Assembly: GCA_949286015.1 (NCBI GenBank)
Contig: CASEBB010000002.1
Location: 9,981-73,980, forward strand
Reading direction: 5' to 3'
Length of the DNA stretch: 64,000 nt
Origin: an uncultured Succinivibrionaceae bacterium
GTDB lineage: Bacteria; Pseudomonadota; Gammaproteobacteria; Enterobacterales; Succinivibrionaceae
The position numbers and the translations under genes were made by a program. The first letter of the stretch is position 1; every line of letters begins with the position of its first letter. The notes under the pieces were generated by a model that had not been told where the DNA came from, made no database searches, and saw only the letters and a list, made by a program, of their open reading frames with translations. This document shows positions 28,962 through 36,957 of the stretch, piece by piece.

Positions 28962-29537
28962 GGTGGTGACGGCAAAAACGCTGACCGCTTTCATGAGCTG
29001 CGGCTGCTACAGATTGGCATTTTAAGAGCAATCACCTTTGCGGTCGCTCCCTTTTCCCGTACTCGTACCCGCGAGCGCGCCTTGCGCGATGCTCAGCTGA
29101 CGTTGCCCTCCCCTGTGCCACGGGGTGAGCCTGTTAGCATTCTGTCACCGCTTGTTTTTGTTACAAGCGAAAACACGCCCGATACTGCGTGCGCACAAAC
29201 CGCATTCTTTTCCCGAAAAACGCCCCTGACCTTCCCTCTTCCCTGCCCCATTATGGGGATGTGAACCTAGCGCAGAGTGAGCATAGTGCACACTATTTGC
29301 TAAAAGCAACGATATGACCGCTCCTCCCCACACAAAAGCCGTTAGAATAAGGATTCATGGCAATATGTTGTGAGGGTTGGGAGAGGGAACTTCAACTACG
29401 TCATTTCACCTCTGGGGAAAACGTAATCTTAGTAAGTAGCATCACCTGTCATCTGCGCCAGACTCGAGCTGTTCGCCATCACTGCGCTTACCCCCTTACT
29501 GATTTTGACCTTTCGTTCACGTTCGCAGGAGTCTTTA

Positions 29538-30023
29538 ATGTTTGTTAATAAGCCACAGGACATGCTGAAAGAGTACCAAAAGACCTCAGTGAATGCTGAG
29601 CTGGCGATGGCTGATCCGTACACCATCACCAAGGCACTGTTTCAAGGTGTCTTTGAGCGTTTAGGTCAAGCCAAGGGTGCCATCGCCCGTGGTGATCTCG
29701 AGGAAAAGGCGAAGAAGCTGGCCTCTGCCAGTGCCATTATTCAGCACTTAAAGGACACGCTCGATCCTACCCAAGCGCCTGAGATTGCCAAGAATCTGGC
29801 CTTTATCTACGACTTTATGTTGGCCAAGATTGCTGACGCCACCATGCAAGTCAGCGCACAGCCAATTGACGACGCCTTAAAGGTCTTCATGCCAATCAAG
29901 AACGCGTGGGACTCGATTCCACAATCGGCCATTAAGGAAGCCGAGAGTAAGATGCGTGCTAACAACCAGCACTTCCAGCACAACTACGACCCAAGCAAGA
30001 ACTTGGTCGACGGTGCCATCTAA
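29538..30023 (+). CDS. fliS: Flagellar export chaperone FliS (FlaJ in Aeromonas nomenclature)
   Basis: Start at the ATG preceded by AGGAG (MFVNKPQDMLKEYQ). The pattern Y..t.v....a.PYTITKALFQGV...A..AI..GD...K...L..A..II..L...LD.......A.NL..IY.FM...I..A........D.....MPIKNAW fits FliS. Confidence 0.85.
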   Translation: MFVNKPQDMLKEYQKTSVNAELAMADPYTITKALFQGVFERLGQAKGAIARGDLEEKAKKLASASAIIQHLKDTLDPTQAPEIAKNLAFIYDFMLAKIADATMQVSAQPIDDALKVFMPIKNAWDSIPQSAIKEAESKMRANNQHFQHNYDPSKNLVDGAI

Positions 30024-30328
30024 TTCCTGCTTGCAGGTTAATCCCAGATTGCTGGGGTCTTAGGCTTTGCCTGAAGCCTAGTGCTCAGTGCTAGTGCTTT
30101 GCTGCTAAAGCGCCGTGTGCTGCCGTATCTTTTACGATAGGGCGGTGCTGGCGCTTTTGCTTTTTTAGGCGGTGTATTGTGGTAGTATGCATCGTGAGGA
30201 TGCACGGCATTACCACAGAAAAAATGCCCGCTACGTGGCGGGGCGCTACTCTGCTCTAGCTCTGCTAGAGCTGCTATCACTTTTTTCTGAGCCCGTGCCA
30301 GAGAGTCAACTGCCAAGGATTGCGTGTT

Positions 30329-30673
30329 ATGAATCAGGAACTGCTCGACTTAGCCAAACAAATTGACGATAACGAAGACGCTATCAGCGATGCCTTGGAG
30401 AACGAGGAGTTTGATAAGGCGGTTGAGCTCTCCAACGAAAAGGTCAAGCTCTTTAAGCGTCTGTATGAGCTCTCGGAGACCATTGAGGACAAGACCGAGC
30501 TCAATGAGTACTTAAACTCGCTCTATGAGGTCACGCAAGAGCAGCGTGATATCTTAAACAGCGAGCACAATAAGATGCGCTCGCAGCTGCGTGGTATTAA
30601 CCGTGGCTCTAAGGGGCAAAAGGCCTATCAGCAGGTACGTGCTTACGCCCGCACCAAGACCATTTTTGGTTAA
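30329..30673 (+). CDS. Small helical acidic protein, possibly a FliT-like flagellar chaperone (function not established)
   Basis: 114 aa from MNQELLDLAKQIDD. The call rests on heptad-like composition and position between fliS and maf only. Confidence 0.5.
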   Translation: MNQELLDLAKQIDDNEDAISDALENEEFDKAVELSNEKVKLFKRLYELSETIEDKTELNEYLNSLYEVTQEQRDILNSEHNKMRSQLRGINRGSKGQKAYQQVRAYARTKTIFG

Positions 30674-30844
30674 GCGCAGTCTCGAGAGTGGTGCCCTGCA
30701 CGCAGGGCAACCCTGAGCACAGGGCTTAGGGCTCAAGGCTCAGTGCTCACCTCACCACAGAGCTCTGCCCCTAAGCAGAGCCCGCTCCTCTTGTCCGTCC
30801 GCTCTGCGCATCACGCGCTGCCCCGAGCTTACGATCTCCTCAAA

Positions 30845-30970
30845 GGTTGGTGGATAGAGCCCACCCACCTACTTTTAGGTGGCTAAGATGAAACGCATAA
30901 CCACGGCTCATATGCTTGCCTAAAGGTTTGGGGTTACGTTGTGGTATCCACCAAACTCTGAGTAGAGCCC
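30845..30970. repeat. Second repeat family ('X'), copy 1
   Basis: GGTTGGTGGATAGAGCCC...CTTTTAGGTGGCTAAGATGAAACGCATAACCACGGCTCA...GCTTGCCT...ACGTTGTGGTATCCACCAAACTCTGAGTAGAGCCC aligns with 44041-44176. The ends can pair (TTGGTGGATA / TATCCACCAA). Confidence 0.75.
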
Positions 30971-31404
30971 GAAATTACCTTATCTCTATCCCTGCCCCTT
31001 TTCTCCTCTGTCTCAAGCTATTTAGCCCTACCCTGCCCAGTTCCCCCTCATGGGGCCCTCATGTCCCCAACGTGCGCTTGCCACCTCGCTCAGCACTTGG
31101 CTAGATGCGGCCGCTGTGCCCAGTTTTTAGCTCGCCGTCCCCATGTACACGGCAGTTTACCCCCACCTGTGCTTAGAAATTGCATTACCTCTCTGCTGCT
31201 ACTTTGTATCCGCAAAAAGGCCATTTATATCAGCCTTTGCGCCGATTTGCTAAGTACTCAGTCACAACTCAGGCTACAACCTCAGTGGACAAAAGTATCT
31301 TGCTGCTTTGTCGCTATGGTTAGCATCTTTTTTTCGCACTCTGTGTGCACCCTACCCGCACTGCCTGTGCAACCCTAGCCTGATGGCTATATCTGGAATC
31401 TGGT

Positions 31405-33819
31405 ATGTCGCAAGAAGAACAAAACCTCACAACTTCTGCCGCAGCTACCGCCGCTACGCAAGCGGCTATGTCCTCGTCAGCAGCTGCAGCTCCTGCCGAT
31501 TCAGGAAAGCAAGAAGACTTTGCGCCTGAAGCCATTAACATCGCACGTAAGACCCGTGCCGATATTAAGGCTGAATTTGTGGGGGACTTGGGCTTCGATC
31601 CTAGCGACCTCGACCAACTGTCAGCCAAGATGGGCACCGATGCCGAGCTGGACGCCAATATCCATAACTTAATGGAACTGCAACAGCAGATGGGCTCCAT
31701 GCTCATTGAGCGCTTCCAAAACAACATGGAAGCCTTCAAAAAGTATGTGCCAGACATCTACGAGCGCTTTAAGGACTTCCGTCCTTCTGAGCCGTTAGAG
31801 TTTATGTGCACAGCTAACGGCATCCCTAACCTCTTCTTCCCTGACCGCCAAGAGTTCTTCTACAAGGCCTACGACCCACAAGAGCTGTGCAACATGCAGG
31901 TCGATACCGTCATCGATCACTGTATCTTCCGCCAGCTGAAGTACTCCATCGATAACGAGAACTTAGGCCAGATTCACCACCGCTACTTAAATGAGCTGGT
32001 GAAATACCAGTCGACGCACGTTCCGCCTAACCCAAAGCCACTTTTAATCGACTCCTGCCCTATCTGCTTAATGGTAGGCTGCGGCTTAGGCTACCAAATT
32101 GGCCACCTCTACGAGCGTATCGATATCGGTAACCTCGTCTTAATTGAGCCTAACTCCGACCTCTTCTTTGCCTCGCTGCACGCCTTTGATTGGGCCAACC
32201 TGCTCGATTTCCTCCATGAGAACAATCGCGGCATCTACTTCATGGTGGGCCAAAGCAAGGATCAGGTGTTTGAGGATCTCAACTCCTTCTACACCCGCCA
32301 CGGCCGTCACTTAGCCTGCTTTATGTGGAGCTTAGTGCACTACCGCTCGCCAATCATTAATGAGATCAGCGACCGTATCATTGAGGACTACGAGCGTTCC
32401 TACGCGACCTTAGGCTTCTTTGATGACCACCTCTTTGATATCTCCCACGGTATCAACCACCTCATCAACCACACGCACTTCTTACGTCGCAATCCACCAC
32501 TGAGTGCAGAAGTCAGCAATATCCCATTCTGCATCGTGGCCAACGGCCCATCGCTGTCAAACGACCTTGAGTTCCTGCGTAAAGTGCAGGATAAGGTGAT
32601 CATCTTCGCCTGCGGCACGGCCATCGAGACGCTCTACAACGCCGGTATCCGTCCGACCTTCTATGGTTGCACCGAGCGCTTACGTGTGGTGAGCGAGCAC
32701 TTGGATTTAATTCCTGATCAGGACTTTATCCGCAGCTGCTACCTCATTTCTGCTGACGTGGTACACCCTGCAGTAGTGGCGCACTTTGATCATGCTGCCC
32801 TCTTTGGTAAGGCTGACGAGAACTTTTACTGGCTGGGTGCAGGCAAGATGTACGAGCAGTTCCGTAAGATCATGCCGATCAGCCTGATGAACCCGTTAGT
32901 AGGTAACTTAGGTGTGGCTGCCGCGACGCAGCTGGGCTTTAAGCGTATCTACCTCTTTGGTGTGGACAACGGTACCAAGCGTGAGGACAAGGAAACACAC
33001 CCAGACGAGAACTTTTTCTATAAGAAGCACAAGGCCGCTGCCTCCGCGATTCACAATCTGTCCTACACCATGGACGGCAACTTTGGTGGTACAGTCGCCA
33101 CGTCCTATCTCTACCGCTTATCGGCGCGCTACATGAACGTGATCATGCGTCATGGTGTGCGTGACTTTAAGCTCAACTACTACAACTGCTCTGATGGTGT
33201 GCTCTTAGAGCATGCTACTCCAACGCACACTGATGAGCTGGAGTGGTGGTACGACCTGCCAGATCTCGATCGCAAGAAGTTCTTTGAGTACATGGACAAT
33301 GAGAAGAGCTTTGCCCTCGAGTTCACGGACAAAGACCGTGAGAGCATGCTCGATCCTACCATATTTGACATGGTAGCCGATCTGGCTATGAAGATGCTCA
33401 AAGGTGAGACGCCAGAGACCCGTCTTGATTTTGCGCTGCGTTTACAGAGCGTGTGCGAGATGCTGTTCAAGCTGCACTCGACGCGCGACTACTACGTGGC
33501 GGACTTCTTTGATGGCTCGCTCTACAGTATGTTTGCCATGCTGATGCGCTCGCTCTTCCAGATCAAGGATGAGAAGGAAGCCATCCGCGTCACCGAGGAG
33601 CAGATCAAGTACATCATCTACTTCATTGAAGACGCGAAGAAGATCTTCCGCATGCTGCCAGACTACTGTGCTGAGGATCACCAGAAGAACTTAAATGGTG
33701 TAGTGGGCTTTGATCACCCAGACAGCAAAGCACCTCCAATCCGCATGCGCAAGGCATACGTCACTCCAGAGGACACCGCCAACTACCCAACGCGTAAGTT
33801 TGTAAAGCGCTACGAGTAG
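31405..33819 (+). CDS. maf: Motility accessory factor (Maf/DUF115 family), putative flagellin glycosyltransferase
   Basis: 804 aa. Central signature FCIVANGPSLSNDLEFL...VIIFACGTAIETLYNAGIRPTFYGCTER is typical of Maf proteins. The gene lies next to fliS. The first ~45 aa are low complexity. Confidence 0.85.
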   Translation: MSQEEQNLTTSAAATAATQAAMSSSAAAAPADSGKQEDFAPEAINIARKTRADIKAEFVGDLGFDPSDLDQLSAKMGTDAELDANIHNLMELQQQMGSMLIERFQNNMEAFKKYVPDIYERFKDFRPSEPLEFMCTANGIPNLFFPDRQEFFYKAYDPQELCNMQVDTVIDHCIFRQLKYSIDNENLGQIHHRYLNELVKYQSTHVPPNPKPLLIDSCPICLMVGCGLGYQIGHLYERIDIGNLVLIEPNSDLFFASLHAFDWANLLDFLHENNRGIYFMVGQSKDQVFEDLNSFYTRHGRHLACFMWSLVHYRSPIINEISDRIIEDYERSYATLGFFDDHLFDISHGINHLINHTHFLRRNPPLSAEVSNIPFCIVANGPSLSNDLEFLRKVQDKVIIFACGTAIETLYNAGIRPTFYGCTERLRVVSEHLDLIPDQDFIRSCYLISADVVHPAVVAHFDHAALFGKADENFYWLGAGKMYEQFRKIMPISLMNPLVGNLGVAAATQLGFKRIYLFGVDNGTKREDKETHPDENFFYKKHKAAASAIHNLSYTMDGNFGGTVATSYLYRLSARYMNVIMRHGVRDFKLNYYNCSDGVLLEHATPTHTDELEWWYDLPDLDRKKFFEYMDNEKSFALEFTDKDRESMLDPTIFDMVADLAMKMLKGETPETRLDFALRLQSVCEMLFKLHSTRDYYVADFFDGSLYSMFAMLMRSLFQIKDEKEAIRVTEEQIKYIIYFIEDAKKIFRMLPDYCAEDHQKNLNGVVGFDHPDSKAPPIRMRKAYVTPEDTANYPTRKFVKRYE

Positions 33820-33862
33820 AAGTTCAACGCGGGGGGCACCCGCGTTAAGCGCCCCTTGCTGC

Positions 33863-33886
33863 AACGCGGGGGCACCCGCGTTTTAG
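33863..33886 (+). terminator. Terminator hairpin after maf (second of two near-identical hairpins)
   Basis: AACGCGGG-GGCA-CCCGCGTT followed by TTTA. A sister hairpin lies at 33826-33846. Confidence 0.6.
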
Positions 33887-33924
33887 CGCTTGAGAGGCAA
33901 ACTCCTCTCAAGATCGCGCTCATT

Positions 33925-33958
33925 AAAAAAGGCAGGTTATTGCTAACCTGCCTTTTTT
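33925..33958. terminator. Bidirectional rho-independent terminator
   Basis: AAAAAA-GGCAGGTT-ATTGCT-AACCTGCC-TTTTTT lies between convergent maf and the ProQ-like gene. Confidence 0.85.
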
Positions 33959-33994
33959 GTTGCACGCCGTGCAGTATCCAAAGGGTCGCAGATA

Positions 33995-34034
33995 TGGGCT
34001 GTGCCCACACCCCGCAGGGCTTTGCCCTGCACCC
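33995..34034. repeat. REP-like double palindrome (TGGGC-TGT-GCCCA CACCC CGCAGGG-CTTT-GCCCTGC)
   Basis: Related to 11765-11804. Confidence 0.6.
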
Positions 34035-34037
34035 ATA

Positions 34038-34112
34038 AGGGACTTTCAGTCCCTTAACCCTGGATGAGGGCCTAAGGCCCTCAACCCTTTGAGGTGAGGG
34101 GCTTCGCCCCTC
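34038..34112. repeat. Array of three short GC-rich palindromes with ~29-nt period
   Basis: AGGGACT-TTC-AGTCCCT (34038-34054), GAGGGCC-TAA-GGCCCTC (34066-34082) and GAGGGGC-TTC-GCCCCTC (34096-34112), each followed by an AACCCT-like spacer. The array lies just 3' of the ProQ-like stop codon. Confidence 0.8.
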
Positions 34113-34128
34113 ACACTCCCTAGGATCA

Positions 34129-36066
34129 CTACTGATCCTTCTTCACCGTAAAGACACGGCTGCTGCGGTGCACCACCTTTGGCCCGTTGCTCTCGTGGCC
34201 AGCACCGGCGCTGTTACCACCCTGCTGATAGCGGTTCTGGTAACCGCCTTGGCCCGAGCTTGGCTGGTAGCCACCCTGTGGGCGGTAGCTGCTGCCACCC
34301 TGTGGACGGTACGAGCTGCCGCCTTGTGGGCGATAGCCGCCACCACCTTGCTGGTAACCACCACCTTGTTGGTAGCCACCACCCTGTGGGCGGTAGCTGT
34401 TACCACCCTGTGGACGGTACGAGCTGCCGCCTTGTGGACGGTAGCCGCCACCACCTTGCTGGTAACCACCACCTTGTTGGTAGCCACCCTGTGGACGATA
34501 GCCACCGCCTTGTGGACGGTAACCACCAGCACCAGCCTGTGGACGATAACCACCACCCTGTGGACGGTAACCGCCTTGGCCTTGAGGGCGATAGCCGCCA
34601 CCCTGCTTGAAGCCACCAGGGCGACGTGGTGCCTGCTTGCGCTGCTGTTGCTTGCGCTGCTTGGCGGCCTTCTTCTTGGCCTTGGCTACGTCCTCAGCGA
34701 TCTGCTGCTTAATGCGAATGATCTCTTGACGAGCGTTCTCGCGGTGCTCCGGCTCAATCTCGCTGACCACGTTACCCTCGAGGTCAACACGAGGCACGCC
34801 ATCAGCCAGCTTCTGCAGGTAAGGAATGGAGTGGCAGTAGTTGTGGAGCATCTTGTAGCGATGCTTGTTGAAGTAGTTGTACTGCGCATCCATGCCCTCT
34901 AAGCGCTGCAGGATTTCCTGCGCAATACCAATCTTTAACGGCACGCGCTTGTCACGCTCGGTAAAGATGGCCTTAGGGAAGGCTAAAGCAAGGAAGCTTA
35001 AGAACTTGTCGCGCTCAGCCTTATCACGGGCACGACGCTCTTCAGCGGCCTTACGCTCCGCAGCGACCTTAGCGCGGCGTGCAGCACGCTCCGCTGGGGT
35101 CAGAATAGGACGGTTGTCACGCCACGAGCCCTTCTTCTTTGGCTCAGCACCGTCCCCCTCTGCACTAGGTGCCTCTCCCTCAGCAGGGGCAGCAGCACCA
35201 TCAGCGCTAGCTGGCGCTGTCTCAGCAGGAGCAGCCTCTACAGCTGCTGGGGCCACTGGAGCTTCTGCAGCTACAGGGGCAGCAGGAGCGGCTACTGGCT
35301 CAGGAGCAGCAATTGGCTCTGGCGCCTCGGCCTCGGCTGGGGCAGCGGCTGGAGCCTCAGCCTTATTGCCGATGTCATCGTCAGTGGTGGCTGGTACAGC
35401 CTCAGCTTCGACGCGATTGCCGATGTCGTCATCTTCCTCAGCATCAGCATCAGCTTCAGCAGCAGCGCCACCAGCAGCATCTTGCGCTTTGGCAGCGGCC
35501 GCTAAGGCTTTGATCTTATCTGACAGGGACGACTCAGCAGTGGCACTCTCAGCAGGGGCATCAGTTACAGCAGCTTCAGCTGCGGCGGCAGCGGCAGCAG
35601 CGTTGTCAGCCTCGATCTGGGCCTTGGTGCGACGGGTACGCTTTGGCTTGACCTCTTCACCAGCTTCAGCAGCGGCGGCAGCAGCTGCGGCAGCGGCAGC
35701 ATTGTCAGCTTCGATTTGCGCCTTGGTGCGACGGGTGCGCTTTGGCTTTACCTCTTCACCGGCGGCTGCGGCCTCAGCAGCAGCTGCAGCGGCAGCGGCA
35801 TTGTCTGCCTCAATTTGCGCTTTAGTACGGCGGGTACGCTTTGGCTTGACCTCTTCACCAGCCTCAGCGGCGGCTGCAGCAGCGGCGGCAGCGGCGGCAT
35901 TGTCAGCTTCGATTTGCGCCTTGGTGCGACGGGTACGCTTTGGCTTGGTCTCAGGAGCATCAGCGTTTACGATCACAGTACGTGGCAGGTCGTCACCTGC
36001 ACCTGTGAGCGTGCTTTTTTTTCGCGTAGCGGTTTGCTCCAAGCCGCTCGAGTTTTCGCTATCCAT
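34129..36066 (-). CDS. ProQ/FinO-domain RNA-binding protein with repetitive N- and C-terminal low-complexity regions
   Basis: Central segment FLSFLALAFPKAIFTERDKRVPLKIGIAQEILQRL...YLQKLADGVPRVDLEGNVVSEIEPEHRENARQEI aligns with E. coli ProQ (FLAERFP..F......PLKIGI......R.....YL.....G..RVDL.GN...E....H.E.A). ATG at 36066 is preceded by GGAG. Confidence 0.85.
   Translation of the reverse strand: MDSENSSGLEQTATRKKSTLTGAGDDLPRTVIVNADAPETKPKRTRRTKAQIEADNAAAAAAAAAAAEAGEEVKPKRTRRTKAQIEADNAAAAAAAAEAAAAGEEVKPKRTRRTKAQIEADNAAAAAAAAAAAEAGEEVKPKRTRRTKAQIEADNAAAAAAAAEAAVTDAPAESATAESSLSDKIKALAAAAKAQDAAGGAAAEADADAEEDDDIGNRVEAEAVPATTDDDIGNKAEAPAAAPAEAEAPEPIAAPEPVAAPAAPVAAEAPVAPAAVEAAPAETAPASADGAAAPAEGEAPSAEGDGAEPKKKGSWRDNRPILTPAERAARRAKVAAERKAAEERRARDKAERDKFLSFLALAFPKAIFTERDKRVPLKIGIAQEILQRLEGMDAQYNYFNKHRYKMLHNYCHSIPYLQKLADGVPRVDLEGNVVSEIEPEHRENARQEIIRIKQQIAEDVAKAKKKAAKQRKQQQRKQAPRRPGGFKQGGGYRPQGQGGYRPQGGGYRPQAGAGGYRPQGGGYRPQGGYQQGGGYQQGGGGYRPQGGSSYRPQGGNSYRPQGGGYQQGGGYQQGGGGYRPQGGSSYRPQGGSSYRPQGGYQPSSGQGGYQNRYQQGGNSAGAGHESNGPKVVHRSSRVFTVKKDQ
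34210..34620 (-). repeat. Coding repeats for the GGYRPQ / GGGYQQ tail
   Basis: Protein aa ~484-620: GGYRPQGQGGYRPQGGGYRPQAGAGGYRPQ..., including a larger internal duplication GGGYQQGGGYQQGGGGYRPQGGSSYRPQGG(N/S)SYRPQ. Confidence 0.9.
35572..35946 (-). repeat. About 3.8 tandem 99-bp coding repeats (33-aa unit KPKRTRRTKAQIEADN-polyA-GEEV)
   Basis: The word GCTTTGGCTT recurs at 35641, 35740, 35839 and 35938 (99-bp period). The protein shows three full units and one partial unit. Confidence 0.9.
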
Positions 36067-36957
36067 CAACTTAACTCCGATAACACCAACTGCTCTGAAT
36101 GCTAATACGCACGGTAACCAACACAGCGCGCCTTACCACCCTACAGCACCGGCTATCCTAAAAGAAATGATCACACTAGACTCGACTACTGTCTCCTAAA
36201 AGACAGTCACCTTTAGTCTAGGGCCGCATGGCAGATCGATCATTAGTAAACATAGAGCTGACATTGCCCTATGACAAAACTCTCAACAACGAAAAACTAC
36301 TTCCTGAGAAGCACAAGCCGACCACACCTTTTTGCTATGAGTACTCCGTTGAGGAAGGGTCAGCATCGCGTGGCATGCAAGAACACAGCACGCGCTTTTA
36401 GATGCGATAAAAAGCACAGAGTACTACTAATGTACAATGAGAATACCAAAAATTTCGACCAGAGAGCACATCTCACGTAAAAAATTTCTATGGCCCGTTG
36501 CAGTTACAGGCATAGCACAAGAAAGGGAGGCGCTTCAGGGCTTAAATAAGGGCAAAATGCCTGCTACAGGTGCAAGCTGCAACCACTGCTCTGACCACGC
36601 AAGGACGCTCACTCTTATGGTTTCACGTGGCATCAAGGTAGGGAAAGCTGTAGGGCAAAGAAGGGCGGGACAAATGGCAGGTGAGGAGAGGAAGCAAGGA
36701 AGCTGGAATAACGCCTGACGGCACTGTTATCTCAAGCAGATTAAGATCTGACCTCACTTCAAGGTAAAGTGCTCTCCTTGAGGTAATCAGATGCGGCGCT
36801 ATCTCTAAGGCCGGAGGCGCTGAGCTCACCTCAAGGTAACAGGGACGCCGCTAACCAGAGACAACAGCGCCTAACGGCGCTGCTATCCCCAGAGGAGCAA
36901 GGAGATTAAAGGGCAGCCACGTACTATGGCGTGGCCATACCCTGTAGAGACTACTCC

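Noticed and set aside
31241-31248. Sigma-28 promoter upstream of maf (GCCGATTT), and GCCGTTAG at 29336 upstream of fliS
   Set aside because: Only the -10-like half is present. There is no TAAA -35 element at the required ~15-nt spacing.
34168-36199. Long plus-strand ORFs (244 aa and 440 aa, plus several shorter ones) antisense to the ProQ-like gene
   Set aside because: They are Ala/Leu/Thr/Ser runs that mirror the repetitive GC-rich coding repeats on the minus strand. The minus strand carries a recognisable FinO/ProQ domain and a proper GGAG-ATG start.
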